DNA of 64,000 nucleotides from Eledone cirrhosa (lineage: Eukaryota), in NCBI GenBank assembly GCA_964016885.1, contig OZ024747.1:19530001-19594000 (forward strand). Reading direction: 5' to 3'. The position numbers and the translations under genes were made by a program. Shown piece by piece: positions 44,558-58,516 of this stretch; position 1 is the stretch's first letter, and every line of letters begins with the position of its first letter. The notes below the pieces were generated by a model. The model was not told the origin of the DNA and ran no database searches. It saw only the letters and a list, made by a program, of their open reading frames with translations.

Positions 44558-45249
44558 CTTTTATACGGCACATAATTTCTTTCGTGTATGACACTGATCG
44601 CTCAGTTTCCAAAGACCATTTCACGTCTGTATTGATCATTGTGTCGGTCATACCGATGTTAACTCCGGTTATTCGTTACATTTGAGACCTCCTTTGAAAT
44701 GAATAGGTGAATTTTAATGTAGTCCGAGATAAGGAGACGACGAACATTTTACTCTGCTTTGTGCTTAATACAGCACTATAGAATTCCTTGACAGAGGGAG
44801 CGCTCTAAGATATTGATGTTTACAACCATAAATCCCTTTTATATTTCTAAATGATGGGTGATCAATCTCTAAAATTTATGGAATATATAAGGGAGTAAAT
44901 ATAGATTGGTTTTACTAAAGAAAAAAAGGACATTTTGCTGTTAATTCTTAGATAGTTATGAAAGCGGTAGAATGATACACAGGTTTAGAGTTAGTTGTTT
45001 AAATATTTCACATCAAAGGCGAAAACAACAATTTAGAGTTGAATAAATCAACGTAAAATTAAGTAATGCGCACCAAGAGTTAATGTCTGTAGATAACACA
45101 GATAGCAGATCTCTCTAAGAAAAAGAAGCAGAGAGGGTAAATGTTGGTATGTGCATGTGTAGGTGTTGATACATGGTATATGATGCGTGTGTATGAATGT
45201 GTTTGTGCCTTCAGAATATTAACGAGTATGGATATTTTAGTAATCAATA

Positions 45250-45334
<85 letters not shown>

Positions 45335-45380
45335 TGTGTGCGCGCGCGTGGATGTGTGAACTACCAAACACAGCAGTAAG

Positions 45381-45771
45381 TGTAGCAGACATGGGACAGC
45401 TAATGCCCCGATGGTCAGCGGACTGGTACCTGCGGTCAGAATTATGATGACGTAGACAACCAGCAGCCAATCACAGGACGCGCGAAGGGGATGAACTTTT
45501 TGACGGTACTGGCGCAGAGGGTCAGATACCCCAGTGAGAGAATATGCTCCGAAATCATTAGGCGTGTCCGTCGAACCTGTGGGTACAGAATCAGACAGAC
45601 CCACACATTGATCGCGTCTCGAGCTGTCCGCCGGCGAAAACAATTGTAACACACAATAAATTGAGTTCAAACAAATCACTGATCTTTCGTTTTCTATTAT
45701 ATCATACTCTGCTCTGTAAGAGCACAGAGTGCTCAACCGACATACCGCCTATGGAAGCATCTTAGCTACCA
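45381..45771 (+). mobile_element. Possible solo LTR (GC/CpG-rich island)
   Basis: Starts TGTAGC, ends GCTACCA, CCAAT box near 45467, AATAAA near 45655; no TSD found. Confidence 0.4.
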
Positions 45772-45817
45772 TCAGACACACATATATATGTATGTATATA
45801 TATATATATATATTTTA

Positions 45818-45878
<61 letters not shown>

Positions 45879-45883
<5 letters not shown>

Positions 45884-47015
45884 CGTAAAATAAGAAAATT
45901 TTTTAAAAAATTAAAAAAAAAAACCTACTTACTTAAATTTTCACTCCAACTAATTAGTTTCTGCAATGGGATAAAGACAGTTACGTAATGAACCGTTGAG
46001 AATTTCATTGCGTCATCAGGGAGGTCATTCTCAGCCGAGTCTCCAGGCGATGCGCGGACACTGGCGACTCATATAAAAATAATAATAATTCGGTAAATGG
46101 AACAGCTATCGAGGACTGGATTCCAGCTACTGAAAATTCTCACTGCCACTGATCATATGGCCGATTCTAAAGAATCAATCACGTGACACAGAGGCTAGTC
46201 AGTAGGAATGGGGTGGTAAGATGACAAGCGCCTACTAACACCCCCCCCCCCATTTTTTTTTTTTAGAAGTGGTTTTGGCAGGTTTGCTCGACAAATCAGT
46301 GATTTCGAGATAAATATAGATAATTTAATATATCTACTAACATAAGCGCACAGATGTACGCCAATGCCAGCAAATACACAGGTTATGTCATAGTACCTAG
46401 GTGGTTCGATGCAGGAGAATGCAGAACAATAATATAAAAGACGTAAAATAAGAAAATTTTTAAAAAAATTTTTTAAAAAAACTTACTTACTTAAATTTTC
46501 ACTCCAACTAATTAGTTTCTGCAATGGGATAAAGACAGTTACGTAATGAACCGTTGAGAATTTCATTGCGTCATCAGGGAGGTCATTCTCAGCCGAGTCT
46601 CCAGGCGATGCGCGGACACTGGCGACTCATATAAAAATAATAATAATTCGGTAAATGGAACAGCTGTTCCATTTACCGAATTATTATTATTTTTATATGA
46701 GTCGCCAGTGTCCGCGCATCGCCTGGAGACTCGGCTGAGAATGACCTCCCTGATGACGCAATGAAATTCTCAACGGTTCATTACGTAACTGTCTTTATCC
46801 CATTGCAGAAACTAATTAGTTGGAGTGAAAATTTAAGTAAGTAAGTTAATTTTTTAAAAAAATAAAAAAAAAATTTTCTTATTTTACGTCTTTTATATTA
46901 TTGTTCTGTATTCTCCTGCATCGAACCACCTAGGTACTATGACATAACCTGTGTATTTGCTGGCATTGGCGTACATCTGTGCGCTTATGTTAGTAGATAT
47001 ATTAAATTATCTATA
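45879..47015. mobile_element. Non-coding tandem HHR element (family 8): 558-bp period plus ~350-bp-arm palindrome
   Basis: Identical HHRs at 45944-46023 (-), 46502-46581 (-) and 46746-46825 (+); palindrome centre aacag|ctgtt at 46663/46664; (TA)n on both sides. Confidence 0.88.
46746..46825 (+). ncRNA. Type I hammerhead ribozyme (family 8)
   Basis: ctcc-CTGATGA-c gcaatg...cattgc a-GAAA-ctaattag-TT-ggag. Confidence 0.83.
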
Positions 47016-47749
47016 TATATATATATATATATATAGAAAGGATGAATATAAAATGAAAGTGCTTTTTTTAAAAAAAGGGAATTTATTAGGTATTGACATA
47101 TGTTTCTGTAACAGACGGAATACCTATGTATCGCTGCTTGCGTAATCATATAATGTTAGCAAGTATTCGATAGCAAATGTATAATCAGTTGTCACTTCTT
47201 CAGAGATTTTGGATAAATTGGATAAAATCAGAAAAATTGAAGTATTTATATTAGTAATAGAGGAAGAAACAGAGGGGATAGTATTGACAGATGGTAAATT
47301 ATTTTACTGCTAAACAAGTATATAATGGGTTTCTAATGAGAATACCATGAGTAAATCTAAATAAGAATTTTGGGAGTGCCAATTTTAATCTCTACTTGAC
47401 CAACTGGACAGTGGACAGGGCTGGTCATTTGGTGCAGTAGTATTAATTATAAAGTGTCAATTGGGGAAGGGGGAGATTTCGATTGCTACTAAATAACATC
47501 AATGCTAGTAGCCAGCTGGTATATGCATTAGGGAATTGAATCAAGAAATCAGAAATCTCATTTTATCTATAGCAGTTTGTATTAAAAGGTAAATAATAGG
47601 AGCGTTGATAGAATTAAGACTAATAAAGAATGTTAATATCTATTTTGACAATCAAACGGGGATATAATTTATACTCGTTGAGCAAACCTGCACGTACGCT
47701 GTTCATCTCTAACGTAAGATATATTATCCCTACATTATTGATAACCTGA

Positions 47750-47824
<75 letters not shown>

Positions 47825-48071
47825 TATATGTGTATTTATATATATGCCTAACTGTTCTTGCAAAGCACAGATTCATAAAAACAAATATATACAATTTCAC
47901 AGATATTGATACATGTTTATCCACACTCTCACGTATATATATATATAAACATGTATGTATGTATGTTCGTATGCACATATGTATGTATGTATTTATGTAT
48001 ATATATATATGTGAATACAGAAGTCTATTTATTTATATATATCTATATATGTATGTGTATTTATATATATC

Positions 48072-48149
<78 letters not shown>

Positions 48150-48151
48150 AT

Positions 48152-48182
<31 letters not shown>

Positions 48183-48191
48183 GTATATATG

Positions 48192-48222
<31 letters not shown>

Positions 48223-48406
48223 ATACTCGTATATGTGTGTGTGTGACTTTCTATGCAGGTATTCTTTTGTGTGATTATGTATACATCTAATATATAATAC
48301 GCTAACAATCACTGTTCAGACTAAAGACTGATAGAATATTACAATCTGAAAACATTCTACAACACCACATACACAGACACACATACATACATATACATAT
48401 ATATAT

Positions 48407-48529
<123 letters not shown>

Positions 48530-51267
48530 CTGCACGTACATACATATATGCACACATATTTTCAATATACTCATAGTTACAGAACCATATTTATTACAAT
48601 TCTGTGATATGAATCATTCTCTATGTCCTACGAACACTATCAAAAGACCTTAATATCTTATTCAGCGGTAAGTGTTTCTCAAAAGAATAATTACCAAACC
48701 TTTTATCTCCTTATCTATTTCAACAAAGATTTGTGATAAGACACAACAGTATCTTAAGCAGTATTGATAAACACAATTAAAGCTGCTAACCAATTAATCA
48801 TTGCATTATATTATTTCGGTTAGAATTTGTTTTTATTAGCTTGTATTTATTTGCGTTTTTTTATACCTTTTATAATTGTACAGCACACCTGCAAATATCA
48901 TTGCCTTTGCTAAAATAATTGATATTTTATCTTAATTTCTTCCTCTTTTAACTGATAGATTTTCACCTACTCCTGCTCCATATTATCATTTTACCGATAT
49001 CATTATGCGAGAGGTTTATTGCTGAATCGCAGGCAGAGAAACTTTCGTGTTAAATCTTACAGTTCAAATCATACCATTGTCGAAGCTACCTAAAGTTCTT
49101 CCGGATTCTTAAAACTGAATAACATCCACTGACGTACCGATCACCATCCACCAAAATATATGATTCACTGTAAAATTTAGAAACATATATTGAATCTGTA
49201 ATAACAAAATAGCCAGTCAGATGGATAAAATGGATGTGGTATACATCTACATGTTATATATTCTCAATTCAAATTCCACCTGTATTAGCTTTGTCTTCCA
49301 ACGTCCCTGGGATGTTAAAATAAACACGATACTTGGTGGAAATTATGCGACTCTCACCCCATCAAATATTATGATATGTTTATAATTATGATTTCCTATG
49401 TATTAACCTTGCAAAACCATTATATTGTCGGTCCAAAATCAGTTTCGCCTAATTACTTTCAGCATAAGTTCTATATTTAACTAAAAGGGCTTTAGTTTTA
49501 TATCTTATACGAAACCCGGCGACCTGAACTCGCAGGAACCATTTTGCAAAGCAGTTACTACACCGATGGAGATATGTACAGTAGATGTAGAATAGGTTTG
49601 AGTACTATAATCCACACACACATACACAATACAAACACACACACACACATATACTTATATACGTATTTATTTATTTATTTATTTATCAACATGTAATCCA
49701 CTAGAAAAACCGTTAACAAGTTACCATATCTATAAATACTTACGAGATATTTCCTCTCAGAATCTCGGAAATGAGGTTCACTTATGTATTTGAAAGCTAT
49801 ATCGTCTAACCGCTCAGATCTCACGCCATTTTACCTAAGAAGAAACACATTATAATCTCTTGGCTTAACAGAATGTATCCGTAAATATTTAACCTTTGCT
49901 ATAGCTATTTCTCCATTTGAAATATCAACACAGAATACTTCAAGGTCTGTTAATACTTCTAATGCAGTGATTTGTAAAATAATTAGTATTACATCATTAG
50001 TTTCAGCAATCTTGAATACACTCCTGAGAGCATTACCTGTAAATATAGACATAACAGCAAAAGGAATTTCGCCATAGAAAATAAAAATAAAATAAAAATA
50101 CTGTATATTCCTTACTTGTATACCTTTGAATTGTGAGCGCGGTTGAATACGACCCATAATGAAATTTAAGTATTCTATGTCACCACAGATGATAATAGTG
50201 ATTTTATCCACAAATGTTTTTGGTTGGAAATGTTACAAGGGTTTTCTTCTTAAGATACATTATGTATTGCAAAACGTATGAACTTTCCTTTCGCTAAAGA
50301 CCATTAATTCTTTGCATCTCGTAAATAAAATGCGAAAAAGTATTTCTAGAGATTTTTGACGTAATCGTGATCTATCATTAAATGTATATCTTTCTACTTT
50401 TACATACGCATATATTTTCTTCTAAATGAAGTTTTATACCATACATATACTCGAATTTCTGGTGCTAGTTATTATTTCGAGTCGCAGATTCTCCCTGGTC
50501 TAAAGCCTTTTTCTATCCAGGTGTATTACAACATTTGTTTAGACAGATACTATCTCGCAATTTAAGGCAATATATAACGGTTTGCGTAGTATGGTGTCCC
50601 TTAATTATATAAGAGAGAGCAAGCACATGTATACCCCTATATTGAATTGTATATCTAGAAAAGGTTATACTGATAATATTCAAGAACGTTGGCCATTATT
50701 TTAATGCTACGTAAATATCATATGTAACAGGGCTATTGTGATTGTTAGATTTACTGTTAACGTGTAAACTACTTCAGCTATCTCGAAGAACTAACTTGAT
50801 AAATTCCTATAATTTGAGGCTTTCAAATTATGGTATCTAAAAGTCTGTTTAAAAAATACAAATTATTTAAATTCTGTTCTTACGCTCTAAAATGTTTCTT
50901 GCTTTTATTTATAAGCAAGGAAACACGATAAAACATACATTTGCCTCTAATCCTGTCCATTGGTGTTTCTGACCTCCAAACCATATAGTTATAAACATTA
51001 TCAAACTTGTCATATTCAATGGCATGTTAAGTAATATTTCAAGAAAGGATAAGGATTTTGCATTTCTACAAAGAAGTAACAAAGATTAAATACATGAAAA
51101 GACATATATGTTTACTGCGAAATACACTAGATCCTAACATACACAAAAACACGTAGATTCCCGCATCTCATTCATTCTCCTTCATAAGCTTTTCCTGTGT
51201 TCTTATATGCACATTTACATACGAACACATACATACACACAAGTATATATATATATATGCATATGTA

Positions 51268-51359
<92 letters not shown>

Positions 51360-51483
51360 AATATATATATATATAAATAAATATATATATATATGTGTGT
51401 GTGCGTGTGCGTGTGTGAGTGTGTGTGCATATATATGTGTTTATATGTATATATATATTTATGTATGTTTGTACATGTATGTA

Positions 51484-51527
<44 letters not shown>

Positions 51528-51554
51528 CATACATATATATATACACATATATAT

Positions 51555-51589
<35 letters not shown>

Positions 51590-51849
51590 AATATATATAC
51601 ATAACATATTTAATACAATAACAGAGATAGTTTAAAGTTAAACTCTGACTGGTGACAATCTCACTCAACAAACATTAGGTTATATTAAAATATAAACCCA
51701 ATTTAAGTGTTTGGGGTGCTAACAATATGTATAATGTGGAAAAACCAGATATCCGAGAAATCGCATCTCTATCTAGAATTACTCTATGATCTCTGAACTA
51801 CGCCCTCTATCGACTGACGTTAGTCCAAAGTCCCTTCGGAGAAACCCCA

Positions 51850-52490
51850 TTTCACGTACTTGTATTCGTTATCGTATCCCTTCGCTCATTACACAAGATG
51901 TATGAGAATAGGTATGGGTTGGCATGATTGCCGAATTGAATATAGAAAGTTTTGCTTTTACACCTAGGTCCCTTCTTCTGATGACAGAAGCTCACACTGG
52001 CACGTGACTGCACCAGTTCCTGTAAATCTTGCACTTATTCTAGCCTCCTGACGTCCATGTACATGGTCCCAAGACACCTGATTTTCTCGATCTGCTTCAG
52101 TGGAAATTTGCACACATTTCAGTGTATTGACTTTCAATTCTGTTGTGCAGCAAACCTGATCAAGTACATGTCAGATATCACCTTTGACGAGCTAAGTAAT
52201 ACCATGTCGATTGACCCTACATCCGTAAATCTGAAATCAATTTTAAGCTGGCTGTGCATGTCAATCTTGTCCATGAAGATAAACTGGAGAGGGGAAAATA
52301 CGCACCCTTGGCACCGTTTATCTGAAAGCAAATACAAGGTCATTCGCATAGAAGTTGCCAAAGGATCCCATACTCTTGTACAAAATTCCGCAACATGTCC
52401 CGTCGAATGCGTTCTTTTTGAGGTCTACGAAAGAAGCATACAACTCTTGGCAATACTCAAACGATTTCCCAAAGACTTGCCTCTCCTCGG
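51850..52490 (-). mobile_element. Degenerate LINE reverse-transcriptase fragment (RTE-like)
   Basis: Minus-strand peptide RCQGCVFSPLQFIFMDKI resembles the RT motif GxRQGCxLSPxLF; downstream DMVLLSSS; boundaries approximate. Confidence 0.65.
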
Positions 52491-52661
52491 CTGTGTTGCA
52501 ACCGGGGCGATACTCTTACTGTTTGTTAGTAACTGCCAAATATGTGGTGATGGTGGAGAAACAATTATCCCCATTATCTGTGGCTGCTCAGTCTAAGACA
52601 AAGATGAATAAATACACGTATAGCAACACTCTTCCATTTTTCTTCATTATTTTCTACATGT

Positions 52662-52897
52662 GGTGGATTGGCAGAATCGGTAGAGCGTCGGACAACATAC
52701 TTCGCAGCATAGAGTTACGGATCTTTACGTTCTGTGTTCAAATCCCGCCGAAGTTAGCTTTGCCTTTCATCCTCACGGATAAAATAAAGCACCAGTAATG
52801 CACTGGTAAAATAAAGCACCTGTAATGCACTGGAGTCGATATAATCGACTTTCCCATCCACCAAATTGCTGGCCTTGTGCCTGCAGTAGAAATCCTT
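52662..52897 (+). mobile_element. SINE family A with internal 28-bp duplication
   Basis: Family A head and tail; taaaataaagcacc.gtaatgcactgg occurs twice. Confidence 0.85.
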
Positions 52898-53606
52898 ATT
52901 TTCTACATGCTCATTCTATCATGTAACCGATGAGGTTGAGTGGATTTAAAGCCTTGTTATGTGGTGACTTGTAGTACATAACAAAAAAGAATAAAAATGT
53001 TAAAAGTAAACCAACTACACAATGTTTGATCACAGAACGGGAAGTACCGTAACTAAATATCGCAAGTTATTCTTGCGACGCACTGACTATTCTTCTACTA
53101 CACTGCACCCCTAAAGAACAAGTAGTGATAAGAGTACACGAAAACAAGTGAAGAAGATCGATCTGAGAAAGTAAGACTTTTTTTTTCATCAAAATGTTAA
53201 TTTTGCTATCATGAGAATTATATCCGTTGCAAAAAATATAAATTGCAATATTGAAAAAATGTTGCTTTTTGAGAGAAAGCAATCTAATTATTGCAGAACA
53301 TCGATGCTGACGAAGGTATTAAGTCCTTTCGGATTTTAGATCGTATTAAACATGATTGATAAGCAAGTTGAAAGTAGAAAAGAATTCTTTCAAAAAACTA
53401 ACATTTATCATAAGTATACTATTTTCACCCAGATTTCAGTTTCTTTATCTAACAATATATATAAGAGTTATTTTTGAGAAACGGACTGCTGATGCGGTGC
53501 TACCTATTTTGCAGACTTTGAAAACCAGTCGCAATCACACAAATTATTATTCGTATATATATAAATATATATATGAGAAAAACCACAGACCCTCCATCTC
53601 AACTCA

Positions 53607-53644
53607 CCTTTTGAAAAGCAGAAGAACTGCGAAACCGGTAAAGG
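53607..53644 (+). ncRNA. Minimal hammerhead with U3-A8 core (family 6) in pLTR copy 53573-53782
   Basis: Identical to 24639-24676. Confidence 0.78.
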
Positions 53645-53775
53645 AACCAAATAAATATATATATTTAAAAAAAAAATAAGACTCCAGTTGCATTTTCGAT
53701 TTCATCCCTTTTTCTTTATACTTTCACTCGTGTAGGACACCTCGGTTATTTTTCATTTTGTAAAAAAAACCTCAC

Positions 53776-53880
<105 letters not shown>

Positions 53881-54052
53881 GTATTTCCCGACGCCGAAGA
53901 CGTTTGATCGGGTGAAATTAGCAGTTGCCAGTCCACTTGAAGGCGACCACACGGACAGGCAACTGCTAATTTTTGGCCGCCTTCTCGTCTTGGCCATCTC
54001 TCTGCTTTTCAGCCAGCGCCTTGGCTATTATATTCCTTTGTTAAATTTCGGA

Positions 54053-54110
54053 ATACCTGATGATGTCACCGGATTCATACTGAACCCGGTCATTGAAATG
54101 TTCATAGTAT
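54053..54110 (+). ncRNA. Type I hammerhead ribozyme (family 12) in a (TA)n-flanked element at about 53879-54160
   Basis: atac-CTGATGA-..accgg.ttca tac tgaa.ccggt..-GAAA-tgttca-TA-gtat followed by AATAAA. Confidence 0.75.
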
Positions 54111-55664
54111 AATAAATATTTAAGGAATTACATCAGTCCAGACTCCTGTTATTTTATAATATATATATATAACCCGTCGTATTGTCTTAGTATATATAGA
54201 GATGTTTGTTCATTTAGTAGTTAAACGAAGCATGAGCTGATTGACCCCACATGCTGTTTCGCCAAGAACATGGTCTGTATGCTATCTATTCAATAAATAT
54301 GTATATATAATTAGAAAGATATTGCAACTTGATAAAATATAATAGACAAAATTCAGTTCGCACAATAGGAAGATAAAACGATCGCATGAAATGTGTAATC
54401 TGTAAACATTTCAACCAAAACAGGTAAAACCAAAATACTTTTGTGTCATTATACCAGTATACCAGTATACCAGTATGTCAGTATACCAGTATACTTGGAT
54501 TATGTAGGATTCAATTATACATTCCTTCCGAGTAACACTTGCTATACATATCTTTATAGTACATTTTACCAACGTTTCCTAAACATTCAATATTCAGGAG
54601 CTTCGTTTCCAATAGGAATTCCTCAAGTATTTGGTATCTAAAAGAATACATACACACACTTACATCCCCACCCCCCACACACAAATTATATATTTAACCT
54701 GGGAAATTCTCCAAAGATTCTAAATCTTTCGACTGCATGACACATGTTAAATTTCATGACTGCATGACACATGTTAGAGATGAAAACGTTACACTTACCT
54801 CAAGGATACGTATATCTGTTCTATTGACAGATTAATAGAGGAGCTAATGTAAAGTGTAAACTGCTGAAACACATGTATTTCAGATACTTTCTTTTATTGA
54901 TGCAAAACGTGGTATGAAAGATGCCATCATTTATTTCAGTGATATCTGTGTTGTAAGTATTCCGGGTGTGACAAAACACATCTCCCTTCGTGATGATATG
55001 TGACGCTCTCGAATGATTTCTGATCGGTAGTTACAGTTAACATAATGAATGCGCGTGCCAATAATATGGATGTGACCTTACCATAAATCAGGGACAAGCT
55101 AGTGGTTTTTAGATTGGGTTCATTGACATTAAACTATACGCATTTTCTTAAAAACGACTAATTTTATTTGGAAGAAATAAATGGATTATAGTTTTGTCTG
55201 ATGGGTCAGTCCCTAAGCACATTTTTTAAACAAGTTTAATTAACATGGAACGTTGTTTGATTCGATTTGTGAGGATATGGGATGCCAATTGTTAATTGGG
55301 TTGTTCTCATTCGGTAGAAAGTAATATAAGAACTAATAGGTGCACCAGCTATTATAAGAGATAGCGAGAGCTAGACAGAATTCACAGTTAGAGATGAAAA
55401 TGTGTTGAAAATGATTAGTGGAATCGAGACTATACAGTGCATATAAATTATGATAGAGACAAACCATTGCATAGACTTCAAACTTTCATAAGTGAAATAA
55501 GTTTAATTTTGAGAAAATTGATTATTCTATTAAACACTATAAGAAAATATTTCATAGATGATAAAAATAATAACACATTGTTTGATTATTTTTGGTATTA
55601 AAATTAATATACCCGGCTACGACGCATATTTTAAACAATACGTTTTTAGTTGCTGCAAATTAAG

Positions 55665-56110
55665 CGACAAACCAAGTACCGGGGTTTGTCCGGCCGCTTC
55701 CTCTTCGCACCAGTCCCCGTCGAGAACTCAGGCGTACTTGAACCTCGTACTGCCGAACTCCTCCATAAGACCCGAGCGTCGACGGCCCGTCTATGGATGG
55801 AACCTCAAGAGGTTGGGTCACTGTTGCAGAGGGAGTCACTGGCCATCGTCCGGGGAGAATGCGTTTGCCGTCTTGTTAGCGGGGCGCAGCACTTCTGCCC
55901 TCTTGCCCTAGGCCGAAAGCCAATCACCCTCCTCCTCCACCCCCCTCTCTTGCCATGCCTTCCCTTCCCGTACTTTTCCTTCTTTCTTTGTCTCTTTTTT
56001 TCTATATTTCCCTATTCTTTCTTTCCTTTTGTTTTCCCTTTATTGTCTTACTAAATTTTATTTTACAGGATTATACAATAAAGACAGTATCTCTTTATAA
56101 CAAAAAAAAA
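55665..56110 (+). mobile_element. CRE-clade-like LINE 3' fragment (restriction-like endonuclease C-terminus)
   Basis: KYRGLSGRFLFAPVPVENSG...EPQEVGSLLQRESLAIVRG, then pyrimidine-rich UTR, AATAAA and A-rich tail. Confidence 0.7.
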
Positions 56111-56139
56111 TCTATAGGTAAATGTACAAACACTGACTA

Positions 56140-56385
56140 CAAGCTAGGCGCTGAGCTGGCCAGCCGCAGGTATGAGCCTCGCGAGTTGGAATGGCTCTTC
56201 CAGCGAATCTCCCTTACCATCCCCCGGGGAAACGCCTTCTCCATTCTGTCCGTCGGGGTTATGGGGAGGCCAGCATGCGGGACCCCATTTGCTCACCATA
56301 CCGATTAAGACATATAACCTCTCTTTTTTCTTTTATTTACTCTTTTATGAGCTGTAAAGGTATAACACAGACCATCGCATTCTAG
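56140..56385 (+). mobile_element. Second CRE-clade-like LINE 3' fragment
   Basis: KLGAELASRRYEPRELEWLFQRISLTIPRGNAFSIL matches the QRxSLxIxRGNA motif. Confidence 0.72.
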
Positions 56386-57670
56386 GTTGCACTACCGGTC
56401 TTTTAGCAATTCCAGAATTTATGGATATGAATTTAACATAAGAAAATTACATTTGGATGAATTGGATATGTTTGTGTTTTCAATTTCTGAAAGTGATTTA
56501 CCGATGGAAAATTGCTTTCTTGTTCTGTTAGAAGTATATAAATATTAAGAAAAGGAAACGAAGTAATTTAAAAGCTGTGAAGTATTTTAACGGAAAACGT
56601 AGCTACATTTATTATGAGTACAAACGTGTAACATTTAATAATCATCAGAATAATAGAAAGACTATTGAAATCTTCTAAACAAAGGAATTACTGTAAACAT
56701 TTCAAATTGATTTTTAAAAGTGAATTTGGGCAGAACTACTTACGAACTATCTACGTATTCTATTATTGAATAAGATTTCAAAACTGTGAAATCTTATTCA
56801 ATGACACCCTAGTATCTTTAGAAACGGGTCTACATGTTGCATAATGAAATATATTTTGATGCAGTAATTTGTGAATAAGATATGGTAGTTATGTATTAAG
56901 ATGGGGTAGTTATGTATCAAGATAGGGTAGTTATGTCTGGAATGTCTTGACCATGCTTTAACGAGACAAGACTGGGAGCAGACAGTAACAATAATCCAAT
57001 AATGACAGGTTTGTGTTACTGATTGTAGAATGTAGCACCAAAACATCTCTGGAGCCAGCTATTGTCATATAAATCTTAATGACAACACCCCAAATCAAAG
57101 GCCAGTGTGCAACACATTGTTAAAGTGTGATTCGAATGTTAACAACAAAAAGAAAAAAAAGAATGCATTATAAAACGCCAGGAAATGTTCTGATTCAGCT
57201 TTGGAATCTTCATTAAAACAGGCCGCGCGTGACAGAACACTTCACATTAACGGTTATCATGCATGACTTCTTTCGAAGAATGAAAGAAGCGAAAAATTCC
57301 AACAGTTACGGAAGTAATGAGATTGAGCGAAGAAAGAGTTGTTGATCTTTGCATATTTCAAATAGAGAATGAAGGTTAGTGGGAAATAAATTAGTTGAAG
57401 TGATAGTGTTCTGAAATGTCACCATTTAACCGACAATCATTGTTAAGTTGCATTTCAGTAAGGCGCTGCTGGTTGATTGGTGAACTGAAAGTTAATCTAT
57501 TGCAACCGATTTTAACAGCAATGTAAAACGCAACAAATTATGTAAAATTTCATAAAATGCACAATAATTGAAATAAAACACACACAAACTCTCTCACTCA
57601 CTCACCTTATCTTTCACTAGCGTATACCTATAAATAAATGATATTTGTACATATTCTCTAATGGACTGAC

Positions 57671-57701
<31 letters not shown>

Positions 57702-57770
57702 TGTATGTATGTATGTATGTATGTATGTATGTATGTATGTATGTATGTATGTACGTATGTATGTATGTAT

Positions 57771-58255
57771 GTTCTTCTGGTTTTATAATTGCACAAATTG
57801 TTTCCCAATAAAGAGAGAGAGTCGGTTCTAACACACACAATGGAATTTACACAGCATCAACTAGGTAGATTATGTAAGCATGCATGTGTAGATATGGATG
57901 TTATTGTATTTCATATCATAATATCTGGTCTGTTATGCCTGCATTTTATTGGGGATTTTACTGGAACATTCCACCAGTACTCTTTCATATTATGTACATG
58001 GATGTAGCTTTTAATGTGTTTATTATCGGGGCTATCTTTTTTACGAACTGCATTGTACAGTGTTTTGGCCACTACATCATGCCTCATAGGTAGATAGTAC
58101 CGCGATGAGATATTTGGAGAGCTGCTGATGACATGGGTGATATCCTCGATGTTAGTTCTGTAGAGTCTGCACTTGTTATCACATCTAGGTGTTTTTCCTG
58201 CATCCCTATCTCTTTAGTGAATCAGATATTTTGTGTTAATTTCCTGTTCCTGCAT
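57771..58255 (-). mobile_element. Dong/R4-clade LINE, internally deleted 3' copy ending in (CATA)n
   Basis: Homologous to 58517-59645. Confidence 0.8.
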
Positions 58256-58289
58256 AGCAGTCTCACCTCTCCACACTACTTATGTTGTC

Positions 58290-58465
58290 CAGGGGAAAGG
58301 AAAATGCTGATACATATTGGCACTAATGACGTCGCTACTCATTCTCACAGATGCGAAAAGTGAAACAATGTGAAATAAAGTGTCTTACTCAAGGACACAA
58401 CGCATCACCCGGTCCGGGAATCGAACTCACGACCGTACGATTGCATCACATCCGGTCTAACCACC
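58290..58465 (-). mobile_element. tRNA-derived SINE related to family B (different tail)
   Basis: gtgagttcgattcccggaccgg and tgtccttgagtaagacacttt on the minus strand. Confidence 0.75.
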
Positions 58466-58516
58466 AAAGAAAACTGTACAAAATATGCATGTTTATGTAT
58501 GTATGTATGTATGTAT

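Noticed and set aside
49831-50211. 126-aa minus-strand ORF with splice-like sites (possible host exon 49836-50037)
   Set aside because: No recognisable domain, and the candidate donor and acceptor phases do not match; would need RNA-seq or BLASTx
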